This document shows positions 1 through 7,783 of a DNA stretch of 19,077 nt, in pieces. The translations under genes were made by a program, and so were the position numbers. The DNA is taken from the NCBI GenBank assembly GCA_038217285.1, contig JBBQPO010000101.1, forward strand, positions 1 through 19,077, given 5' to 3'. The stretch's first letter is position 1. Every line of letters begins with the position of its first letter. The notes below the pieces were generated by a model that worked only from the letters and a program-made list of their open reading frames with translations, was not told the origin of the DNA and made no database searches. The DNA is from Chthonomonadales bacterium. Lineage in GTDB: Bacteria; Armatimonadota; Chthonomonadetes; Chthonomonadales; Chthonomonadaceae.

Positions 1-1
1 A

Positions 2-214
2 TTGACCTGGCATCTCTTCTACTGGGCTGCGCCGACCAAAGCGGTGGAAGTACGGACGGTCTCAGCGATATTGGAACGGATTAAGGCGAACCTGTACGAC
101 GCGGGAGTGCCGACCCCGACAGCGACATCCGCGACCATTCTGCAGCGGCGTCAACCCGCCCAGAACGACGGCAATAATGCGCAGGATGGTCGAGCGTGGG
201 AGGAGAGGATTTGA
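2..214 (+). CDS. Possible 3' end of a hypothetical protein entering from the left edge
   Basis: Open frame from the window edge to TGA at 212-214 with a low-complexity, tail-like C-terminus. No recognisable motif. Confidence 0.3.
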   Translation: MTWHLFYWAAPTKAVEVRTVSAILERIKANLYDAGVPTPTATSATILQRRQPAQNDGNNAQDGRAWEERI

Positions 215-620
215 CTACTTTGCCTCTTTAGAGTAAGAGCCGGCCCCATTCCGCATAGCGTTCGCGAATGCGACCACGCCGGTAACTCGGTGCCAGCAGC
301 GCGATGAGGCATCCGAGGCCCAGCGCCAGAAACTTAACCAGATTCCAGGTTGGATGGAATCCCACAAACAACACGTCAGCAAAAGAGGGAGAGGTCTGTG
401 CAGGACCAGGGCTGCCTCGACTGTCTGCGGAGGGTTCCCCATGCCGGAACACGTTCCTCAACGTCTCCAGAGACGGATGCTGTCGAAGTGAAACTCTCAT
501 GCTGAGCGGAGTAGAGAGATCCTCACAGCGCGGTGTAACCAAACCCAGACGACTGCGTATCCAGAATCAGTTCCGCGGTCAAGAACTATGGGCGGTGATG
601 TTATCGAGGGGAGAAATGAA

Positions 621-1115
621 ATGGCTCGACTTGAAACCAAACGCCTCGATGCAGGCGATCGTTTCCCGAAAATGGTCTTCCGGTTTACCGATGGCAGCAT
701 GCAAGCTTTCCCACAGGAGTCCGCCGGATCCTACTGTGTTCTGCTCGTCTATCGCGGAGTGTGGTGACCGGTCTGCCATCAGCAGTTGGCTGATTATCAG
801 GCGCGGATTCGCTCTTTCGAACAGATCAAGGTCAAAGTCGTCGCCGTCTCTGCGGACCCGCAGGAAGATGCCCAAAAGATGATCGATGCGGAAAAGCTCA
901 CTTTCCCCGTCGCCTATGGCCTGCCGGCTCACGAGGTCGCCGCGCAGACGGGAGCATTTTTCAACGCGGAGAAGAACTACCTGCATGCAACCGGTTTTCT
1001 CCTCGACCCTTCCGGCACGGTGCTGGCAGCCGTCTATAGCACCGGAGCGATCGGGCGCCTCACCGCCTCCGATGCCCTGGGCACGATTGTGCATCTGCAA
1101 AAGTCGGAGGCATGA
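621..1115 (+). CDS. AhpC/TSA (peroxiredoxin-like, thioredoxin-fold) redoxin, probable selenoprotein (UxxC), 164 aa
   Basis: SD-like GAGGGGAG at 606-613 and ATG at 621. Translation: MARLETKRLDAGDRFPKMVFRFTDGSMQAFPQESAGSYCVLLVYRGVW-[TGA 765-767]-PVCHQQLADYQAR..., in frame with track ORF 786..1115 (VVAVSADP, LTFPVAYG, HATGFLLDPSGTV). The TGA occupies the first Cys position of the family motif F/YRGxWCPxC. Confidence 0.88.
768..806 (+). promoter_or_regulatory. Putative bacterial SECIS element
   Basis: Directly 3' of the in-frame UGA. Upper stem ATCAGC (778-783) pairs with GCTGAT (789-794) around loop AGTTG. Lower stems are GTCTG (771-775) with CAGGC (798-802) and CCG (768-770) with CGG (804-806). 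The upper stem begins at the 11th nt after the UGA. Confidence 0.65.
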
Positions 1116-1191
1116 ACATACGGGAGAGATCCACAGGCGCTGCGGTTTCCGTTTCCATCTGAAACCATCGTAAGGAGGAACTTAGGCCACA

Positions 1192-1288
1192 CGCAACAAT
1201 TATCGTCTGAACTCCATGTCGATTTTGATCTCTTTTGAGGCCGCAGGATCGTGCGATAATTGTTGCGCCATAGTAATACTATGGCGCA
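1192..1288. repeat. Two overlapping perfect inverted repeats
   Basis: CGCAACAATTATCG (1192-1205) pairs with CGATAATTGTTGCG (1254-1267). TGCGCCATAGT (1264-1274) pairs with ACTATGGCGCA (1278-1288) around AAT. Confidence 0.8.
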
Positions 1289-1373
1289 TCGCCCGGTTGC
1301 GATAGCGTTCGATGTCATTGTGTCGAACGTCCGCTATAGGACCGAGGCTCCTGCGAAAACGCCTCCTCCCGAA

Positions 1374-1401
1374 GTTTAAATTTGTGTTAAGGGTTGTTCA
1401 A
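1374..1401. promoter_or_regulatory. Possible Pho-box-like direct repeats
   Basis: TTAA (1376), TTAA (1387) and TCAA (1398) at exact 11-bp spacing, in an AT-rich patch upstream of phosphonate genes. Confidence 0.3.
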
Positions 1402-1522
1402 GGCCGCCAAAAGCCGCAGCCCGTGTACCACAAATCAGGTATTCTTAGGACAGATCTATACATGGGCACGACACTGGAATGTGTTCCCCTTCAAGTGACC
1501 GAGAGAAACAAAGGTAAGAAGC

Positions 1523-2140
1523 TTGACGATCATAGACGATGTTTTTGCGCTCTTTGCGGAGCGGGGTGCGGATGCCTATTTCGGAGAGCCTGTCTCGCAG
1601 CTAGAACACGCGTTGCAGACGGCTCATCTGGCCGAACAGGCGAAGGCGTCGGACGCGCTTGTCGTCGCTGCCCTGCTGCACGATATCGGGCACCTGATCC
1701 ATGGCGAGGCGGAGGACGTCGCGGATCAGGGCGCTGACGCGCGACATGAGGCCGCCGGGGAAGCCTGGCTGCGCCGCTGGTTCGGCGAGGAAGTGACGGA
1801 ACCCGTTCGACTGCATGTCGCCGCGAAGCGTTATCTCTGCGCGACCGACCCCAGCTATCTGATCCGGCTCTCACCCGCTTCACGACAGAGCCTCGCGCTG
1901 CAGGGAGGACCGTTCGACTCTGCCGAGGTGCAAGCGTTCGAGGCCAATCCGCACTACGCGGCGTCCGTGCGTCTGCGTCTCTGGGACGACTCGGCCAAGA
2001 TTCCAGGCCTCGACGTGCCAGGGCTCCAACACTATCGCGTACGCCTGGACGCTGCTGTGCGGCACGACAGAGATGCTGGAGGAAACGGACATGAACGTAC
2101 AACTTGTGGTGTTCGACATGGCGGGAACGACAGTTTATGA
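1523..2140 (+). CDS. phnZ: Phosphonate degradation-associated HD-domain oxygenase (PhnZ-like)
   Basis: Motifs YFGEPVSQLEHALQ, ALLHDIGH, RHE, LHVAAKRYL, LSPASRQSLALQGG and LRLWDDSAK. TTG start. The C-terminal tail overlaps the next gene by 50 nt. Confidence 0.88.
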   Translation: MTIIDDVFALFAERGADAYFGEPVSQLEHALQTAHLAEQAKASDALVVAALLHDIGHLIHGEAEDVADQGADARHEAAGEAWLRRWFGEEVTEPVRLHVAAKRYLCATDPSYLIRLSPASRQSLALQGGPFDSAEVQAFEANPHYAASVRLRLWDDSAKIPGLDVPGLQHYRVRLDAAVRHDRDAGGNGHERTTCGVRHGGNDSL

Positions 2141-2264
2141 CGGAGATGCCGTCAATGTTTGCCTTCGGGGCGCCCTTCAGGCCGCGGATATAGAGGGGAT
2201 ATTTTCACCCGGTTTGACACAGACTTCTCTGGATGTTCATCCGGCCTCGACAGTCCTACTATGA
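2091..2264 (+). pseudogene. Truncated phosphonatase-like HAD hydrolase (PhnX-like), N-terminus only
   Basis: SD GGAGG upstream. MNVQLVVFDMAGTTVYDGDAVNVCLRGAL contains HAD motif I in the PhnX form (FDMAGTT). Resemblance is lost after about 33 aa and the frame stops at 57 aa, whereas full enzymes exceed 200 aa. Confidence 0.8.
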
Positions 2265-2279
2265 TAAAGGAGACCGACC

Positions 2280-3629
2280 TTGGCTGAACCGACCGCACCC
2301 GTCAAGTTGCCTACCGATGGCGCTGTGCCTTCCGCACCGTTAAGCAGACGGCAGCTCCTCACCATCGCCCTCCTGCTCATCGGCTATGCGGGCTACTACC
2401 TCTGCCGTGTCCACCTCTCTGTCACCACGTCTTCGTTGATCGAGGAGTTCGGCAAAATCGGTCTTAACAAGGAGCGTATCGGTGACATCAATTCGATCGG
2501 CCTGATCTTCTACGCCGCCGGGAAGTTCATCAACGGCTCCAACGCCGACTACCTGGGCGGCAAGAAGATTTTTCTCCTCGGCATGGGCGGCGCCATCCTC
2601 TGCACTCTCTTTTTCGGAATGAGCAGTACGATCCCAATGTTTACGCTGGCCTGGGCGTTGAACCGCGCCGTTCAGTCCGGTGGCTGGGCGGGTCTCGTCA
2701 AAATCTCCTCCCGGTGGTTCAGCTATTCGCTCTACGGCACCATCATGGGTGTCATCAGCCTCAGTTATCTGTTCGGCGATTTCGTCTCCCGCCTCTTTCT
2801 GGGGCAGCTCCTCAGCCAGGGAGTCGGATGGCGCGGCGTCTTCTTTATCGCCGCCGGTGTACTGGGAGTCATCTTTGTCATCAACCTGTTTTTGCTGAAG
2901 GAGACTCCCCAGGAGGTCGGAGAGCCGGAACCTGCGCCGAACCCGGCGAATCTCTACGGGGATGCCGGGAAACAGGCCGGGCCGACCAGCCTCCGTGACC
3001 TGCTCCTGCCTCTGCTCAGCAATCCGGCCTTCTGGGTGGTATGCGGCCTCTCTTTTGGCTTTACGATGGTCCGCGAAACCTTCAACGACTGGATACCGAC
3101 CTATCTGCATGAGGTCATCGGCATGGCGAAGGGCGCTGCTGCAAAGGCAAGTTCGCTCTTTCCTCTGTTCGGCGGCTTCTCCGTCTTGCTGGCGGGCTTC
3201 TTGAGCGATCGTCTGGGCCGCAAGGGCCGCGCGCTCATCATCCTCGGTGGCCTGCTACTCTCCATCCCGGCGCTGCTGGCGCTGGCCTATGTGAAATTCG
3301 GCCACTCCGCCACCCTGCCGCTGATCGCCTTCGGCGCGGTCGCGTTCGTCATGCTGGGCCCGTATTCGCTGCTGGCCGGAGCCATCGGAATGGACTTCGG
3401 GGGCAAGAAAGGAAGCGCGACGGCAAGCGGCTGGATCGACGGCATCGGCTATATCGGAGGTATTCTGGCCGGCAAGTGGATCGGACACATCGCGGACAAT
3501 CCGGCACAAGGCTGGGCGGTCGCTTTTCAGGTATTGACTGGGGTGGCGATGCTGACTACCGTCGCCGCCGCACTATACCTGTGGCAGCAGTCGCGCCCGC
3601 TTCCGGCCACCGTCGTTATACAAGAATAG
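2280..3629 (+). CDS. MFS transporter, organophosphate:Pi antiporter (GlpT/UhpC/OPA) family
   Basis: SD AAAGGAGA and TTG start. About 12 hydrophobic segments; motifs GYAGYYLCR, YAAGKFING, GFLSDRLGRK and ATASGWIDGIGYIG. Confidence 0.88.
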   Translation: MAEPTAPVKLPTDGAVPSAPLSRRQLLTIALLLIGYAGYYLCRVHLSVTTSSLIEEFGKIGLNKERIGDINSIGLIFYAAGKFINGSNADYLGGKKIFLLGMGGAILCTLFFGMSSTIPMFTLAWALNRAVQSGGWAGLVKISSRWFSYSLYGTIMGVISLSYLFGDFVSRLFLGQLLSQGVGWRGVFFIAAGVLGVIFVINLFLLKETPQEVGEPEPAPNPANLYGDAGKQAGPTSLRDLLLPLLSNPAFWVVCGLSFGFTMVRETFNDWIPTYLHEVIGMAKGAAAKASSLFPLFGGFSVLLAGFLSDRLGRKGRALIILGGLLLSIPALLALAYVKFGHSATLPLIAFGAVAFVMLGPYSLLAGAIGMDFGGKKGSATASGWIDGIGYIGGILAGKWIGHIADNPAQGWAVAFQVLTGVAMLTTVAAALYLWQQSRPLPATVVIQE

Positions 3630-3721
3630 CATTCCTTCCCCCTGCTCCCGATGTCACCCTGACCACCGGCACGGGCGGGACAGAAGGCTGTGGCAACGTC
3701 CTCTCCTTGTGCCCAACAATC

Positions 3722-3754
3722 TGCGAGCCGCAGAGACTATCTCTGCGGCTCGCA
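3722..3754. terminator. Perfect 15-bp hairpin between convergent genes (possible bidirectional terminator)
   Basis: TGCGAGCCGCAGAGA-CTA-TCTCTGCGGCTCGCA between the MFS stop (3629) and the gdh stop (3784). U-tracts are weak on both strands. Confidence 0.55.
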
Positions 3755-3783
3755 ACGATTTCTGTAGGGAGGACGACCAGGAG

Positions 3784-5118
3784 TTACGGGTAGATGCCGC
3801 GCAGGGTGCTGGCATCGGCGACGCGTTTGACGCCGATAAGGTGGGCGGCGAGCCGCATATCGACGTTTTCGCGTTTCGCCATCGTCCGCACATCCCGATA
3901 GGCGCGCACCATGATCGCTTCCATCTTCGCGTTGACCTCCTCCTCCTGCCAGAAGAAGAACTGCAGATCCTGCACCCATTCGAAGTACGAGACCACGACG
4001 CCGCCGGCGTTCGCCAGCACGTCCGGCACGAGGAACACGCCTCGTTCGTGCAGAAGGCGGTCGGCCGCAGGCGTCGTAGGGCCGTTGGCGCCTTCGATGA
4101 TGATCGGAGCCTTGATCCGGTCGGCGTTCTCGGCAGTGATCTGATTCTCGGTGGCGGCGGGAACCAGGACGTCCACATCCAGCTCCAGCAGTTCGCGGGT
4201 TCCGATAGGATCGCCTCCACCGTGGGTGGTCAGGGTGCCGTCGCGATTGGCGCACTCACGGAGGGCGGTGATATCGAGCCCGTCCGGATTGTAGAGGCCG
4301 CCGAGGGCATCGCTGACCGCCACAACTTTCGCGCCCATCTCCGCGAAGATACGCGCGGCCACGCCGCCGACGTTGCCGAAGCCCTGCACCGCCACGCGCA
4401 GGCCGCGCAGATCGAGACCGGACTCGCGGATCGCCTCGCGGGTCACGAAGACGATGCCGCGCCCGGTGGCGTCGTTGCGCCCCTCCGAGCCGCCGACCGC
4501 GACCGGCTTGCCTGTCACGACGGCAGGAACGGTGCGGCCCTGCGTCATGGAGTAGGTGTCCATGATCCAGGCCATCGTCTGCGGGTTGGTGCCCATGTCG
4601 GGCGCAGGAATGTCGGTGGTGGGGCCGATGACGATGCTGATCTCCGAAGCGTAGCGGCGGGTGAGGCGTTCGAGTTCACCGAGGGAGAGCAGTTTGGGGT
4701 CGCAGACAACGCCGCCTTTGGCGCCGCCAAAAGGGATATTGACGAGCGCGCATTTCCAGGTCATCCACATCGCCAGGGCGCGTACTTCGTCGAGATCGGT
4801 GGTGGGGCTATAACGGATTCCGCCTTTGCTGGGGCCTCGCGCTATGTTGTGCTGCACACGGTAGCCGGTGAAAACCTGCGTGTCGCCCTTGTCCGTCTTC
4901 ACCGGGAAATGAACGGTCAGCTCGCGCTGCGGGTATTTGAGTATCTCGTGCATCCCGGGATCGAGTTCCAGATAGCGGGCTGCGATATTGAGTTGTTCCA
5001 ACGCATTGTGATACGGGTTGCTGCTTTCGCGCGGTAATCCCTCCCGCACCGGGGCTTCCGGCAAAGGCGGGCGCGATTTTTGGTGCGCCTCGTCGGGACG
5101 TGAGAGTGCAGGGCTCAT
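3784..5118 (-). CDS. gdhA: Glu/Leu/Phe/Val dehydrogenase (glutamate dehydrogenase)
   Basis: Motifs GPSKGGIRY, MTWKCA, GGAKGG, DIPAPDMGT, VVTGKP, QGFGNVG, EGANGPTT and PDVLANAGGVVVSYFEWVQ. The ATG at 5118 is preceded by SD GAGGAGG. Confidence 0.95.
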   Translation of the reverse strand: MSPALSRPDEAHQKSRPPLPEAPVREGLPRESSNPYHNALEQLNIAARYLELDPGMHEILKYPQRELTVHFPVKTDKGDTQVFTGYRVQHNIARGPSKGGIRYSPTTDLDEVRALAMWMTWKCALVNIPFGGAKGGVVCDPKLLSLGELERLTRRYASEISIVIGPTTDIPAPDMGTNPQTMAWIMDTYSMTQGRTVPAVVTGKPVAVGGSEGRNDATGRGIVFVTREAIRESGLDLRGLRVAVQGFGNVGGVAARIFAEMGAKVVAVSDALGGLYNPDGLDITALRECANRDGTLTTHGGGDPIGTRELLELDVDVLVPAATENQITAENADRIKAPIIIEGANGPTTPAADRLLHERGVFLVPDVLANAGGVVVSYFEWVQDLQFFFWQEEEVNAKMEAIMVRAYRDVRTMAKRENVDMRLAAHLIGVKRVADASTLRGIYP

Positions 5119-5466
5119 CGATTCCTCCTCGAACCTGGATAACGACACGGCCGGTTGTTCAGGGAAGAGCGGTCTCTCGATTCCCGTCGGCCTCGCTGCC
5201 GACGGCCACTGTCCGGCTCTATGTCGCCTCTATACTATTCCTACGCAGAACGCAGGGCAAGCATTACCCGATGCCACAGTTATCAAAAATGGTTTTGTTC
5301 CTTCCATCATTCGGTTTCAAACAGAGGAGTTTCCGTACCTACGGTGAATTTCAGACTGTGTGCGACTCTATTGGACGCCGCAAACTCGCCAATACCCTCG
5401 AAGGAAGGCCCACCGAAAAGATCCGCCTTCCAGCGGGCCATAATTCTAACGCAAGGAAAACAGAAA

Positions 5467-5865
5467 ATGTCAGACAACCATGATCCTCTTGAAGAAGACG
5501 AGGCCGATGTTGACCCAGCTTGGGCCCGAAGAAAAGGTCCACTCCTAATCGTCGTGGTAGCGGGTGCACTTCTCGCCTTGAATCACTACGAAGCGACAAA
5601 TAACGGCAAAGTATACCTCTGGATCGTCCTTATGGCTCCCCTGTTCTTTTGTCTTGGCGTAGGTGGACTAATCGATCCACGCCTCTCTTTAGCGATGGGA
5701 CCGCAAGGGCGACATTTCCCTACAAAGATCAAGGCTCTTGGTGGGCTGCTGGTTGCCGTCGGTATGATCGCATCGGCCTATCTTGCGCTCGGCGTCTATC
5801 GTCTGCAAGAGCCGGCAACGAGCCAGCCGGCCGTCAGTCAGGACCTGCCTGGTTCCTCACGATGA
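5467..5865 (+). CDS. Hypothetical membrane protein (about 3 TM helices), 132 aa
   Basis: AAGGA upstream of ATG 5467 (MSDNHDPLEEDE...). Acidic N-terminus followed by three hydrophobic stretches. The 5' part of track ORF 5155.. looks non-coding. Confidence 0.65.
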   Translation: MSDNHDPLEEDEADVDPAWARRKGPLLIVVVAGALLALNHYEATNNGKVYLWIVLMAPLFFCLGVGGLIDPRLSLAMGPQGRHFPTKIKALGGLLVAVGMIASAYLALGVYRLQEPATSQPAVSQDLPGSSR

Positions 5866-6342
5866 AGCTGCCAACACAATGAATTCCTCGTCGCTGCCCA
5901 GCAGGCGCAGGGTTTTGTCGTCACGCTCACTGCGATAGTACTTCGCGAGCAGGCGATCAAACACAGAGTCCGCCGGTGAGACGCACGCGAACAGGGTCGC
6001 ACATGACTTCAGCTTGAGGTCGTCGGGGGCCCCGAAGATGTCTATCGCGGATCGGCCCTCGGTGCGAACGACCGCTTCCGCACACTCTGTCAGCCTCGTT
6101 CCCAGGATGGAATGACTCAGGTACGCCTTCGCCTCTGCGAGGCTTTTTATCGCGTAGTGCTTGGAGGTCGAACTGAAAGCGAGCCCGTCGATCTGCGGGA
6201 AGATGTACCATATCCAGTGGGAGCGCTTCCGGCCGCTGTTGATTTCCTGGAGCGCCTGATCATAGGCGTTGTCCTGAGCCTGCAGGAAGCGGCTCAGGTC
6301 GTATGGGTCGTCCATGCTGTGAGATTCGTTCGAGTTGATCAT
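5857..6342 (-). CDS. DUF1810 family protein
   Basis: Motifs DDPYDLSRFLQAQ, ALQEINSGRKRSHWIWYIFPQ, EAKAYLSHSILGTRL and IFGAPDDLKLKSCATLF. The start at 6342 overlaps the upstream stop (ATGA); an alternative start is MDDPY at 6315. Confidence 0.85.
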   Translation of the reverse strand: MINSNESHSMDDPYDLSRFLQAQDNAYDQALQEINSGRKRSHWIWYIFPQIDGLAFSSTSKHYAIKSLAEAKAYLSHSILGTRLTECAEAVVRTEGRSAIDIFGAPDDLKLKSCATLFACVSPADSVFDRLLAKYYRSERDDKTLRLLGSDEEFIVLAASS

Positions 6343-6620
6343 GCTGTTCTCCGCGCACGTCCGGCACCAAAACGTCGTATGTAGCCATAATCCACACGGG
6401 TCATCCAGGTTTGTGCGTCCGGGATGCAAGCCACAAGACGGTCTCCTGCAACAATTTCGTCAGCGTCCATTTCCCACGCAGCCGTTTCGATGTCAATCGC
6501 AACGTATGCGCCTTTGTGATCTGCCTCGACATGGGCGCGAATATTACGTTCGTAGATTTCGGTACCTAATCGGGCAGCCTCTTCTTGGGTGTAGCGAGGT
6601 TGACGTACTAACATAACCAT
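6339..6620 (-). CDS. Small conserved hypothetical protein (family usually adjacent to clan AA aspartic proteases)
   Basis: SD AAGGAGA. RQPRYTQEEAARLGTEIYE...GAYVAIDIETAAWE...PDAQTWMTRV matches a small-protein pattern I recall from cyanobacteria and Planctomycetes. Confidence 0.75.
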   Translation of the reverse strand: MVMLVRQPRYTQEEAARLGTEIYERNIRAHVEADHKGAYVAIDIETAAWEMDADEIVAGDRLVACIPDAQTWMTRVDYGYIRRFGAGRARRTA

Positions 6621-6752
6621 GTCTCCTTAACTGACCGTCTGGACGTGCGCTATACGAAGCTGGATCATCCCTCAAAAGAGCGTCCGGGCTCTCTCACAGT
6701 TAAGCAGCAGCCCAAGCAGAAATAGGACGGTGCTGGTCCGCTACCGACTAAA

Positions 6753-7778
6753 TCATCGCGAAACAGGACGTTCAAGGGGGAATAAAATAATGACTCGCGC
6801 CCCCCCTTGCTCCCGATTCTCATAAGCGATCTCCCCTTGCAGGTCGTAACGACTGATGGTCTCCACAAGTTCTACGCCCGTGTTGGCGGAGGTATGCGGA
6901 TCAAAATCGGGCGGGAAGCCTTCCCCTTCGTCCCATACCTCCAACCGGCCATGATTCACTTGAAGGGTGAAAACGATGCCGATGGTTCCCTTCCCATGTT
7001 TGGTAGCATTGCTCACCAACTCGTTTGTCAGAATGGCCAGAGCGGTCGCCTGTCTCAGGGGCAGGGAGATATCTTCGACTTGAAGCTCCAGTTTCCTCCC
7101 AATGCTCATTCCCTGCAAGAGAGGAAATAACTTTTCCAGGGTCTCCCGGACAGAGATCGTTTCGGCCTCTCCACCTTCTTTGGTTTGATGGGTCAGAATA
7201 TCATGAATCGCGGCGAGGCCACGCACATGCTGGCTCAGACGCATCAGTTCCGATTTAGGAACCATCTCCTCGTGCATTCCTATCTGAATATCTATCAGAG
7301 CCGAAATGATCTGCAGGCTGTTCTTGACGCGATGATGCGTCTCCGTCATGGCCTGTTGGAGATGATGGTTGAGCGATTTGATGCGGGACTGAGCCTCCTC
7401 CGCCATCCGACGGGCGTTCAATATCTCATCCTCGAACTGGCTGCGTTGGCGCACAACTATGAAAACACAGTCGTTGACAGCAGTCTGATTTCTCTCACGA
7501 CGGAGAGCATTCACCAGCACGGGTAACTCACCGCCTTCCGCCGTGCGGATCGCAAAATAGACCTCCTCGACATTGCCGGTGAGTTTGAGCAGAGGAAAGA
7601 AATGAGTCTGATAAAAGATGCGGCTTGCTATGGGCAGGAGTGTCTCTATGTGCTTTCCAGTCACCGCATCCGGGGAATAGCCGAGCCATGTCAGCAGCGT
7701 CTTATTGGCGGCAATAATAACGCCATCATCGGAGAAAGAGAGGAAGCCGCATGGGGCGCTATCGAGGAGTGAATCCAT
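6753..7778 (-). CDS. PAS-domain sensor histidine kinase (HisKA_2/HWE-like)
   Basis: RsbP-like PAS (LLDSAPCGFLSF...RIFYQTHFFPLL), H-box ETHHRVKNSLQ, N-box NELVSNATKHG and G-box DEGEGFP. Confidence 0.9.
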   Translation of the reverse strand: MDSLLDSAPCGFLSFSDDGVIIAANKTLLTWLGYSPDAVTGKHIETLLPIASRIFYQTHFFPLLKLTGNVEEVYFAIRTAEGGELPVLVNALRRERNQTAVNDCVFIVVRQRSQFEDEILNARRMAEEAQSRIKSLNHHLQQAMTETHHRVKNSLQIISALIDIQIGMHEEMVPKSELMRLSQHVRGLAAIHDILTHQTKEGGEAETISVRETLEKLFPLLQGMSIGRKLELQVEDISLPLRQATALAILTNELVSNATKHGKGTIGIVFTLQVNHGRLEVWDEGEGFPPDFDPHTSANTGVELVETISRYDLQGEIAYENREQGGARVIILFPLERPVSR

Positions 7779-7783
7779 ATCGT

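Noticed and set aside
215-882. ORFs 215..442, 228..542 and 304..882
   Set aside because: No recognisable motifs. 304..882 overlaps the redoxin out of frame. 228..542 has one hydrophobic stretch but too little support.
786-1115. 109-aa ORF as a complete gene
   Set aside because: It lacks the N-terminus and active site, and is the part of 621-1115 downstream of the UGA.
1112-1162. 16-codon ORF overlapping the redoxin stop (ATGA)
   Set aside because: Very short, SD spacing is poor and there is no motif.
1192-1268. Integron attC site
   Set aside because: The ends ACGCAAC and GTTGCGC do not fit RYYYAAC and GTTRRRY, and there is no integrase or second site.
2214-2265. Sigma70 promoter for the MFS gene (TTGACA at 2214, TATGAT at 2260)
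   Set aside because: The spacing of about 40 nt is incompatible with a single promoter.
3709-5037. 442-aa plus-strand ORF
   Set aside because: Antisense shadow of gdhA, as expected with high-GC codon bias.
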